A DNA stretch of 26,310 nt from an uncultured Nitrososphaeraceae archaeon (GTDB taxonomy: Archaea; Thermoproteota; Nitrososphaeria; Nitrososphaerales; Nitrososphaeraceae). Shown one piece after another: positions 10,056-18,884 of this stretch. The translations under genes were made by a program, and so were the position numbers. Below the pieces are notes generated by a model. The model had not been told where the DNA came from, searched no databases, and saw only the letters and a list, made by a program, of their open reading frames with translations. How positions within the stretch are numbered: position 1 is the stretch's first letter; every line of letters begins with the position of its first letter. The stretch spans positions 1 through 26,310 of the forward strand of contig CAVXZB010000014.1 of the NCBI GenBank assembly GCA_963765895.1, read 5' to 3'.

Positions 10056-10784
10056 TTGGGTAAACGAACACTTGTACGTAGAAGAGGCAGAGGCGGAAAA
10101 CAGTTCCGTGCTGTTACAGTTGGCAAAATCGCTCCAGCCAAATATCCTAATTTTAGATTAGATCAAAATCATTCTGGTACTATTGTCGATATCGTTCATG
10201 AGAGAGGTAGAAATGCTCCTCTTGCTAAAATACATTTTGATGATGGAACTTATTCGTACATTCCTGCAGTCGAAGGTGCTACAGTTGGAAGTAAAATAGA
10301 AATGGGCGCCAGGGCAGCATCTACAGCACGGAACATTTTGGCATTGGAAGCAATTCCAGATGGGACGTTGATTTGCAATATTGAAAAGAATGTTGGCGAT
10401 GGAGGCAAACTAATTAAGTCTGCAGGTTCGTCGGCCCTGGTATTTGCTCATAGTACAGGTGGGGTAACGATAAAGTTTCCATCAGGCAAATTTCTGACGA
10501 CAAATCCAAAGTGTAGAGCAATGATCGGTGTGATTGCAGGAGCAGGTAGAATGGAAAAACCTTTTCTGAAGGCTGGTAATAGAGCCAAGTACATGCAGGC
10601 CCATGGCAGACTTTACCCGACAGTCAGAGGGATTGCTCAAGCTGCAGTTTACCACCCCCATGGAGGAGGTAGACATCAACATATTGGTCGTCAATCATCT
10701 GTGGGAAGAACTACGCCTCCAGGCCGGAAGGTTGGAAACATAGCACCAAGAAAGACAGGACGTAGTAGAATAAAGAAACGCTGA
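10056..10784 (+). CDS. rpl2: 50S ribosomal protein L2 (uL2)
   Basis: MGKR...RRRGRG N-terminus, HERGRNAPLA, YPTVRG..., HPHGGGRHQH and PPGRKVG. TTG 10056 gives the canonical MGKR start; ATG 10047 is an alternative. Confidence 0.97.
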   Translation: MGKRTLVRRRGRGGKQFRAVTVGKIAPAKYPNFRLDQNHSGTIVDIVHERGRNAPLAKIHFDDGTYSYIPAVEGATVGSKIEMGARAASTARNILALEAIPDGTLICNIEKNVGDGGKLIKSAGSSALVFAHSTGGVTIKFPSGKFLTTNPKCRAMIGVIAGAGRMEKPFLKAGNRAKYMQAHGRLYPTVRGIAQAAVYHPHGGGRHQHIGRQSSVGRTTPPGRKVGNIAPRKTGRSRIKKR

Positions 10785-10917
10785 AATATGTGTGGACAAA
10801 CTCATAGAACTTTTTTTTATCATGATATCTTTATTGGAGGACCTTGAATATTTGACTTGTGACTTATTTTATCTTGTGGCTCTCTATGCATTTATGTAGG
10901 TTTATCCTTTAGGTCTC

Positions 10918-11637
10918 TTGGAAATTGTTAATTTGCATACAGACATTTCGACTAAAATACTACACGAGATGGAAATAACACTTTCACACGAAAGTTCACC
11001 AAGATCTACGGCTCTAGAAAAACTGCAAAAGGAGGAACACGGTGATCCGTACAAGATACTTATTGGAACGATCTTATCAGCGCGTACCAGAGATGAAAGT
11101 ACGATAAAAGCGGCGAGTAATTTATTCAGAAGATATAAGAATATTAATCAACTGGCTAATGCAAATGTCGAAGAGATCAAGATACTAATTCGCAGTACTG
11201 GTTTTTACAATATAAAAGCAAAACGCATTAAGGAGGTTTCAGTGATGATCGTAAAAAATTTCAATGCCGTAGTGCCTGACAATATTGAAAAACTTCTTGA
11301 ATTACCGGGCGTAGGAAGAAAGACCGCAAATTGTGTACTAGTATATGGGTTTGGTAAACCTTCGATCCCAGTAGATACTCATGTGCATCGACTATCAAAC
11401 AGGTTAGGACTAGTTAATACAAAAACCCCTGAAGCTACAGAATTAGAATTGTATTCTGTTATAAAGAGAAAGAATTGGATTAAGATCAATGATACCTTTG
11501 TTAAGTATGGCCAAATAATTTGTCTTCCGGTAAAACCAAAATGTTACAGGTGCAGTCTAAATAATTTTTGCAAATTCTATCACAGTACCAATGCTGGCGC
11601 TCCTGACGACCGTATTATCAAGTATTCCTCCTCTTGA
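10918..11637 (+). CDS. nth: Endonuclease III (HhH-GPD DNA glycosylase/AP lyase with [4Fe-4S] motif)
   Basis: ILSARTRD, LPGVGRKTAN, VDTHVHR and the C-x6-C-x2-C-x5-C motif (CLPVKPKCYRCSLNNFC). Confidence 0.95.
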   Translation: MEIVNLHTDISTKILHEMEITLSHESSPRSTALEKLQKEEHGDPYKILIGTILSARTRDESTIKAASNLFRRYKNINQLANANVEEIKILIRSTGFYNIKAKRIKEVSVMIVKNFNAVVPDNIEKLLELPGVGRKTANCVLVYGFGKPSIPVDTHVHRLSNRLGLVNTKTPEATELELYSVIKRKNWIKINDTFVKYGQIICLPVKPKCYRCSLNNFCKFYHSTNAGAPDDRIIKYSSS

Positions 11638-12328
11638 AAGCAAGTAGCGCAATCAAGAGTCCCCCTACTCCGACTAACATTCCGAGTGGTAGATAGAAGA
11701 TTGGAGAATCAGCAGGATTCCCAAAAACCATGTCAAATGAAATATTGCCGGCATATGCATTAATCGGGGATTCTGAATCATCTTTTCCGTAAATTGCTAC
11801 GGAACTAGGTGTAAAACCATTTACAGATAATTTATCGACTACGATTCTCTTCCCATCAGTAATAGTTAGTCCCTGATTGTTGGCATGAGCAATGATTATA
11901 GGCTGACCACTGAACCAACCATCTTTATCCTTACTGTATACTCTTACATAACCAGAATCCTTTGTATTGACCGCGGCCCAGAATCCCTTAGACTGATTTC
12001 CAAACATTGCTATTTCAATAAATTTTTCACTTGGTGCCGATTCGAGTAGTTTTATAACAGTCTTAGCATCTTGTCTATAAGCGTAGTCTAAATTATTTTG
12101 TAGGGTCAAAATCCAATTTTGACCAATTGATCCGGAAAAATTGTAAATTAGAGGCTTATTCCTTTCATAATTTGATGCGTTAAACGGAATAACGAATTTC
12201 TCGGTATCCCTTGCCTTTATCGTTTTATATATGCTCTGAGGAGTTGCAATTTGAGCGTTAACATTGGATATTAAAGGAGTGAATAATAAAACCGATATTA
12301 CAATAGCCATCAGCATAAACAGATTCAT
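11618..12328 (-). CDS. Secreted, C-terminally membrane-anchored hypothetical protein
   Basis: Hydrophobic N-terminal signal peptide ending ...VNA-Q, beta-rich middle, C-terminal transmembrane helix followed by KRR. Overlaps the nth 3' end by 20 nt. Confidence 0.8.
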   Translation of the reverse strand: MNLFMLMAIVISVLLFTPLISNVNAQIATPQSIYKTIKARDTEKFVIPFNASNYERNKPLIYNFSGSIGQNWILTLQNNLDYAYRQDAKTVIKLLESAPSEKFIEIAMFGNQSKGFWAAVNTKDSGYVRVYSKDKDGWFSGQPIIIAHANNQGLTITDGKRIVVDKLSVNGFTPSSVAIYGKDDSESPINAYAGNISFDMVFGNPADSPIFYLPLGMLVGVGGLLIALLAFKRRNT

Positions 12329-12450
12329 TATTGACTTTTTGTAGAATGGTATGAATTCTATTATATCTCTTCTGATTGAGACGGCTCAAGTGTTAACAAC
12401 GTTAGATCATGATTGGCCTACTCAGATGTTGTTATGAATTATGAAAATTT

Positions 12451-13449
12451 TTATCCTGATCTTTTTCTCTTGCTCTCGATTAATCCCATTACTTGATAAC
12501 CATACTCGAGATTATGTTTGATATGATTTATCCCGTGTGAATCATGAGGTACAAACTTACCATCAAGGATATTCTCAATATATTTTGCTACTTTTCTAAT
12601 TGATATCGCAGCAATTTGAACTTGGTTGTCAGTAAGCTTCTTCCCTAGTTCTTTCTCTACTTCACTTCTGAAATCTTTAGGACTGGTTAAAATTAATCTG
12701 CAGTATTTTTCTATTCTCGTATAATTGGTACAAAGGTTGCTTATCTTTCTAATATCTGATTCAGTCAATTTTGTCAACAATAATTCTAATTCTTCCTCGC
12801 TTCTGTCGGTGATTTGAATGAGAGTTTGAATTAGTATGTGTTCCCCCATAATTTGATGTTGTGTTTTATCAACAGTTTTTATTTTCGGTTCTGCTAAGAC
12901 GTTTGCTTGAGATTTTCGCATGAGATAATAATCATATACTCCGTATACTGCCACTTTCTTGCCAGTTGTGTCAAAGCCTGTGTCTAGAACGGCCACAACA
13001 TCAACGATAATTCCAGGATAGTTATTTCTAATTATATTGTCTGAATTCTGGTAATTTTCCATGATATCCTGATAAATTTTGAATACTATATCTCGTGTAC
13101 CAAGTCGTCTCTGTTCACGTATGCCTTCCGTTGCTAAAGTCAAAAAATCATAAAGTTGGGACTGTGGGATAATTTGACCAAAATGTGAACCAATAAAATC
13201 TGCGATAAATTTAAGTACAAGAATTCGAACACTGAAGATAGCAATATTTTCGGTAGTAATATTTTTGAGAAAATGTTCAGTCTTATTTAGATTAAAGCCT
13301 GGCGAATCATTCCTTATTTTTAATGCATCGAGACAATAATTCAAATCGTTTAAGGCTGCATTTGATATATCATCTTGAAGTATGTCCTCTTTGCGAGTAC
13401 TTCGGTTATCGAATGGTGTCAAGGGTGATTCTCTCATTTTATATCTCAC
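12451..13449 (-). CDS. Hypothetical protein (~330 aa, helical, His-rich C-terminal motif)
   Basis: Long uninterrupted ORF in AT-rich DNA; ends FVPHDSHGINHIKHNLEYGY. The start is GTG 13449 or ATG 13437. Confidence 0.8.
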   Translation of the reverse strand: MRYKMRESPLTPFDNRSTRKEDILQDDISNAALNDLNYCLDALKIRNDSPGFNLNKTEHFLKNITTENIAIFSVRILVLKFIADFIGSHFGQIIPQSQLYDFLTLATEGIREQRRLGTRDIVFKIYQDIMENYQNSDNIIRNNYPGIIVDVVAVLDTGFDTTGKKVAVYGVYDYYLMRKSQANVLAEPKIKTVDKTQHQIMGEHILIQTLIQITDRSEEELELLLTKLTESDIRKISNLCTNYTRIEKYCRLILTSPKDFRSEVEKELGKKLTDNQVQIAAISIRKVAKYIENILDGKFVPHDSHGINHIKHNLEYGYQVMGLIESKRKRSG

Positions 13450-13700
13450 ACTACTTTATCGAATTTCTCGAGCACCAAATCGCTCCCTAACTCCTCATCA
13501 TCATACGTACTATATCCAAGACTCAGATAAAATTCTTCGCGTATGAGACTAAGTGTTAAGAATTGCCAAGGTTTGTTGTCTTTGTAATCTATCTTAAAAT
13601 TCAAAGGTAGATAGGAATTATGTGGAAGATTAAGATTAAAAAAATTTATTGCTCCACGGCTAATATTTAATTTCCATGGGTTGTTTGCAGAGATCAGCAT
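13446..13700 (-). CDS. Small hypothetical protein, probably co-transcribed with the 12451-13449 gene
   Basis: 84-aa ORF with a protein-like acidic C-terminal half (FYLSLGYSTYDDEELGSDLVLEKFDKVV). Its stop overlaps the next gene's GTG. The start is uncertain. Confidence 0.6.
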   Translation of the reverse strand: MLISANNPWKLNISRGAINFFNLNLPHNSYLPLNFKIDYKDNKPWQFLTLSLIREEFYLSLGYSTYDDEELGSDLVLEKFDKVV

Positions 13701-14275
13701 TAGTATTTATACGTCAGTTCGCTTTCCTAATAATGAGTTAATAGAATATATTAGTAGCTTTATGAGTAATTTATCATTCATCGTACAACGTAATATGAAT
13801 ATTCTATGGAAAACCTTACATTAAATGTACACGGCAATACACACATATCATACAGAACTATATAAGTAACTACATGATCAATAACAAGAAAATATGAACT
13901 ACAGGAATAAAGGCAGACTTCTCTATTCCATCTAATTCAAGTCTTGATAATTTTCTGCTTGCCAAAGATTAGGTGCTTAACTGTATAACAAGAATGAAAA
14001 AGTTAAAGCCAAGTAATAGTGATTCATTAGAACAGGTTTCTTTCATATAGGCATCAATTGTAGACATTCTTATGTGTTCGCATCCATTTTTCAGCTCCCC
14101 CTTGGTAAATATGTGTACTAAATTTTAATTCATGTTATGCATATATTATGAGTCTGCCATTGTCAATTTATCCGACCAGCTATAATTTCCGTTGTATATA
14201 AATTCAAGATAATGTAATGTGGATCGTTCTAAGTGATGGCGCCGAAATGTGGAGATGATCTAAATATCACCTGTA

Positions 14276-15103
14276 ATGAAGCATAATTTGTATGCGATAT
14301 GGCTTGAATTAGGAAAACTGTATGCGATATGGCTTAGAGAGTTTAAAGTCTTTTTAAGAGAGAGAAGTCGGCTCATAGCATCTACATTTACTCCGTTGTT
14401 GTGGTTATTTGTTATTGGAGGTGGACTCGGGGCTTTAATGACTAATCCATCCGAAAGTTCAGTTATTAATGATAATTCAGAACTAAGAACAGCGTCAGGA
14501 ATGACCTATCAACAATTCATATTTCCGGGCATAATTAGTATGTCTGTCATATTTTCTTCTATCTTTTTCGGTTCATATATAATATGGGATAGAAAATTTG
14601 ATTTTCTAAAGAGTGTCATGGTTGCTCCCGTGAGTAGAACGACGATTTTTGTAGGCAAGACGTTTGGAGGCATGACAACCTCGCTTATTCAAGCCGCCAT
14701 ATTGATGGTAGTCGGATTGTTAATTGGGATTCACTATAGTCCTTTGTCTCTAGTCCTAACGATTGTTATAATTCTGCTTCTTTCCTTTGCACTTACATCT
14801 CTGGGACTTACTATTGGAAGTTATATGGAAAGCTTAGAGGGCTTCCAATTAATAGTTAGTTTTGTTGTGTTCCCGCTCTACTTTTTGAGTGGGGCATTGT
14901 TTCCGCTTAGGAATCTACAAATATGGCTATCCATTCTAACCACACTGGATCCCGCTACCTATGCTGTGGACGCGCTAAGAAACATGATGCTTGGTATAAC
15001 CGGAAAGAATTCATTTACTTATGATATTATCGTCCTATTCATTTCAGTAATAATAGTAGGTACAGTTGGAATGTTCTCGTTTAGGCGAATGAAGGCTGTT
15101 TGA
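14276..15103 (+). CDS. ABC-2 type transporter permease (DrrB/YadH-like exporter)
   Basis: WLREFK..R N-terminus, YQQFIFPGII, WDRKFDFLKSVMVAPVSR, FLSGALFPL, DPATYAVDALR; about 6 TM segments. Confidence 0.92.
   Translation: MKHNLYAIWLELGKLYAIWLREFKVFLRERSRLIASTFTPLLWLFVIGGGLGALMTNPSESSVINDNSELRTASGMTYQQFIFPGIISMSVIFSSIFFGSYIIWDRKFDFLKSVMVAPVSRTTIFVGKTFGGMTTSLIQAAILMVVGLLIGIHYSPLSLVLTIVIILLLSFALTSLGLTIGSYMESLEGFQLIVSFVVFPLYFLSGALFPLRNLQIWLSILTTLDPATYAVDALRNMMLGITGKNSFTYDIIVLFISVIIVGTVGMFSFRRMKAV
14289..14335 (+). repeat. 17-bp direct repeat (TGTATGCGATATGGCTT) with 30-nt period at the start of the permease
   Basis: Copies at 14289-14305 and 14319-14335, giving LYAIWL twice in frame. Confidence 0.9.
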
Positions 15104-15235
15104 ATATGTAGAATTCTGAATCAACTTAATAACTATTGATCCAATCAATGAATTATGAATGTATATGTGTTAACGAAATAATTTTGGTGCTAGTTTTCGA
15201 TATTAACAACAATCCGATTAAATTGAAGATGTATT

Positions 15236-15409
15236 TTATTCTTTAGTAAGCTCCCTAAAGCGGTGGTTAAAAGCGCTACAGCCTATTCGCTCATGTATAT
15301 CTTTCATATCGCTAGCATCCTGATAATCATCAGTTTGTATTTCGAATCCGCAAGACTTGCAAATTAGAATATTGCTACTACCGATGGCATCTATTTCTAT
15401 TTTAGCCAT
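15236..15409 (-). CDS. Small putative zinc-finger protein (57 aa)
   Basis: MAKIEID...CKSC-x18-H-x4-C. A TTTAAG TATA-like box at 15433-15438 lies 24 nt before ATG 15409. Confidence 0.6.
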   Translation of the reverse strand: MAKIEIDAIGSSNILICKSCGFEIQTDDYQDASDMKDIHERIGCSAFNHRFRELTKE

Positions 15410-16115
15410 GTGTATAGCTTGCATGACAATGTCTTAAAGGAGTATGCCAAATTTATTTGAGTTATGTTTCAACAGATCTATCAATCGCGTAGAAGGTTGG
15501 GTAATGTTACTGGAGCCAATTATATTTCCCTAAAATTATTAACCTAGATGTCTATCCTGCTGTAATGGAAAATGGGAGTAAGTTACGCCTTGGGCAACCA
15601 GTTTTGAATTCCAGTATCATATGTTGAGCACTAAATGCTTGGTAATGAGAAGGTTGCTCTTTACAAGATGAGAATACAACTTGTTCTGGTAGAATACTAT
15701 TCATTTACGTAATGTTATCTCTAGACTGACCGCTCTAAACTACTGTACATATTAGATAATTAGTGAACATTGAATAGTGAATAATCATATATTTTGCCAT
15801 TAAACAATCCATATCCTAATGAATCGAAAATAATCATATGATCTAACCAAACCCATCAGTCACAGTAGGTAATACGTAGTTTAGATAAACCATAATAGGA
15901 CTCGCATTTCTATAAATTGATACTCGAGATTTTAAGGCTATTATAACCATCACAATTGCAAGATTCAGTGAATATACCGATACACGATAAAGTCACAAGT
16001 CACCAGCTTAAGTCTGGTTGATATTGATACGACCTGACACATATTCAGATTAGGTGTCTATTTTCAGACAGAGCTTGTTTTTTCCAAACAGCATCAATTG
16101 TTTTCTGCTTTTGAG

Positions 16116-16610
16116 CTACATTGAAATTATACTCATCTTACTGCCCTTATCGATATTATGTTTTGTTATAAATCCCGATGTAGCAGCAATTACGTACTTG
16201 GCAGGTATTGTATTCTTATATGTGCAATTTACCGTATCTAAGGCGTTTTTACAAGTTTGAGCGTCCTTTACTGCATAAACCATGTTTCCCATAGGATCGA
16301 ACCAAAGAAGATCAAGATTAAAATCAATATTTAAGAGCCACATTGCATAGAGATCTGGTCTATCGTATACTAGGATCATGGCCGAGTTCATTGGAAGTTT
16401 TTCTCCTCTAAACATTAACCATCTTTGTCTCTGGGCGTCTGATTTCGCGATTTCGACTTTAATTATATCTTGACCTATTCTGATTGTTCCTATAGGGAAT
16501 TCGATTGTATGGCTGTTTTTAGTCTCAGAGGGAAAGAATGTAATACCAAGTGCCCCAACAATACTAGCTGCAATGATGGTGGGTATCAATACGACTAGTT
16601 TGCTTATCAC
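16116..16610 (-). CDS. DUF192 family protein with N-terminal membrane anchor
   Basis: VEIA..DAQRQRWLMFR..LP.NSAMILVY, MWLLNIDFNLDLLWFD and AKYVI..SGF match the DUF192 pattern. GTG 16610 has AAGG-TTAAAA ~25 nt upstream; TTG 16652 is the ORF-track alternative. Confidence 0.88.
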   Translation of the reverse strand: MISKLVVLIPTIIAASIVGALGITFFPSETKNSHTIEFPIGTIRIGQDIIKVEIAKSDAQRQRWLMFRGEKLPMNSAMILVYDRPDLYAMWLLNIDFNLDLLWFDPMGNMVYAVKDAQTCKNALDTVNCTYKNTIPAKYVIAATSGFITKHNIDKGSKMSIISM

Positions 16611-16870
16611 ATGAATCTGGGAATTCAAAATCCATTTTAACCTTACTGTCAATTTATAGATTTATAAATCTAAGTCATTACAATGGACTCAGAGATGGCA
16701 TAGAGATTCATGATTAGGCCATCAGAATCTATTCTGCGGGGATATCTAGTATACCAAGTTTTGACGTAGTAGATATTTACCCTTTACTGTTTTTCATGAT
16801 CTTGTTTAATAAGGCTGAAATAATATGGCTACTGTTCTTCGAACGAAGAAATATTCTAACATATACGTGG

Positions 16871-17570
16871 CTAGCTAATACAGTCTATAATATCGGGAAT
16901 CTCGCCTAATCTGGCGAGCTGTATATGTAGGATATTCATATTTATTAATTGGTTCTTGTATTTTGAAAATTGAATTGGTGAGCCTAATAGTTCTCATCCC
17001 TAAGCTATTTGCCGGAAATATGTCTGTGTCAAGTCTATCTCCTATCATAATACAATTTTCCGGATCGTATGATGCTTGCTTTAATGCTAGTTGAAATATC
17101 TTAAGACAAGGTTTCGCCTTTTCCACTATGGACGAAATTAGTTTAATATTAAAAAACTTGTCAACGTTGTAAATTTGTAATAGATCAACAACGTCTAGCG
17201 GCTGATTAGCTATTATTCCTAACTTGTGAGATTTTACCAGGGTATTTATCGTAATTTCTGTATCGTCATAAAGTCGAAATAATATTGAACGCATTTCTTT
17301 GAATTCAGGCTCTAATTTTTTCAGGATAATTCTACCGTAGCTTGAATGACACACAAGCCGGCAGATCTCAAGTATCAATTCATTAATGCCACCACTACCA
17401 ATCATGCGATTCCTTATGACGTTGTCTCTAACGGTTCGATAGTTTCGCTTATCAATTTTCGTCCCATATCCGTTCAACAGTTCTAGAAATCGTTGGTCAA
17501 AATAATCGATAAAACCCCATTCATTTATTAGAGTCTGGCCTAGATCAAAAAATATGAACAGCCCCTTCAT
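16871..17570 (-). CDS. HAD-superfamily hydrolase (subfamily IA-like)
   Basis: Motif I variant FFDLGQTL, motif III KP, motif IV IGDRLDTDI. One extra base near 16913 probably hides a typical tail RLGEIPDIIDCIS* (stop 16871-16873). As read, the ORF ends at 16875. Confidence 0.88.
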
Positions 17571-17761
17571 ATGAGTATAAGATTTACCCCTTTTCAGTTA
17601 GATTAACATTTCTTTTTCCAGTTGCGTTTGTAGTTGGCGTTTGATATGACCTAACGGAATTCATTGTACGCTGAAATGATATGAGATGGTAGTCTTTATC
17701 GGTAACCATCTCTTCTTTTAGCATTAATAACTATAAAAATGAGATATATGATACTTTAGTT

Positions 17762-18208
17762 GTGAGCTCAGTCAGCGAAATTATGTCTTCTAACGATATT
17801 GTTACGGTTCCTATAGATTCACAGAAAACCATCCAAGATGTAGCAAATCTAATGATAAAGAAGAAAGTAGGTTCAGTCATAGTAATTGACACAAAAATGC
17901 AGCCCCTCGGCATAATTACTGAACGCGATATAATCAAGCGGGTCTGCCTTGAAAATTTTAGTTCGAATAAAATCCTAGTAGAAGAAATAATGTCGACACC
18001 ACTTATCACTGTAATGTCCTATGACTCAGTTGATACTGCATCAAGGATCATGACTAAAAATAGGATTAAGCATCTTGTAGTTTTAGAAGACGACAATCGA
18101 ATCACTGGTTTATTGAGTGTGACTGATATAACTAAAAAATTGGCTAAGATTCTACTTGATGATTATAAAAGGCACAGATCGTTACGCTTCGCGATTGATC
18201 TTTCATGA
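17762..18208 (+). CDS. CBS-domain pair protein
   Basis: Two CBS repeats (VSEIM...VGSVIV...GIITERDI; VEEIMSTP...IKHLVV...GLLSVTDI). TATAAAA at 17732-17738. Confidence 0.92.
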   Translation: MSSVSEIMSSNDIVTVPIDSQKTIQDVANLMIKKKVGSVIVIDTKMQPLGIITERDIIKRVCLENFSSNKILVEEIMSTPLITVMSYDSVDTASRIMTKNRIKHLVVLEDDNRITGLLSVTDITKKLAKILLDDYKRHRSLRFAIDLS

Positions 18209-18849
18209 GGTATTTATACACCTCGAATCTGACTTATCCGAAATTTACGTACTAGATGATTTTTTATTTTTGACCGGGTCTTTGTTTGGAGTTATTGTGC
18301 AACAAACGAGAATTTCGAATGTGTTGCACAAAGAAGATCCTATTTGTTCTGTGACAACAATTCTTTTCAGATATTATTTATCAAACCTTGGTAACTATTT
18401 CCTCTGATAGTCGTACTAGGCTAAAAGTTAAGGAAAATTAGGTATCAGAAGTCGTTATCCCTTGAGCTTGATTAATTGGTATTATGACCTCATTCCAATG
18501 TACTATAAATAGGTTATATGCAGAATGTGTTTCAAGTTTTTATCGGAAGCAGGTTTGGCAATACATCAATATGAAAATCTTCACGAATTTGTGTAATTCC
18601 AAGGATTCTAAAAATTCTTAAATGTTTAGAATACGATTAATAGAATACCGTTTATAAACTCAAGTTGTCTTTGTATGGCGATAATCAGATGACTACGGGA
18701 ATTACGCAAGCGATTTACTAACGAAACTAATAGTCCAATTATTGCTAGTTTGGTAAAACGATCCTTGACCTTATATATTGCCAGTTAAATAGCCATAGTC
18801 ATTATGCTGGACAGGCACTTGCATAAGTCTTGGTTATTTGGAACTCCAT

Positions 18850-18865
18850 AAACAATATATTGTTT
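18850..18865. promoter_or_regulatory. Perfect 16-bp palindrome AAACAATATATTGTTT over the TATA position of the sulfite/nitrite reductase promoter (candidate operator)
   Basis: Self-complementary sequence read directly, centred ~27 nt upstream of ATG 18885. Confidence 0.5.
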
Positions 18866-18884
18866 CAAATAGAATTAAGTTATC

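Noticed and set aside
18156-18407. 83-aa ORF overlapping the end of the CBS gene
   Set aside because: It overlaps a real gene in another frame, starts with TTG, has low-information AT-rich composition and no motif.
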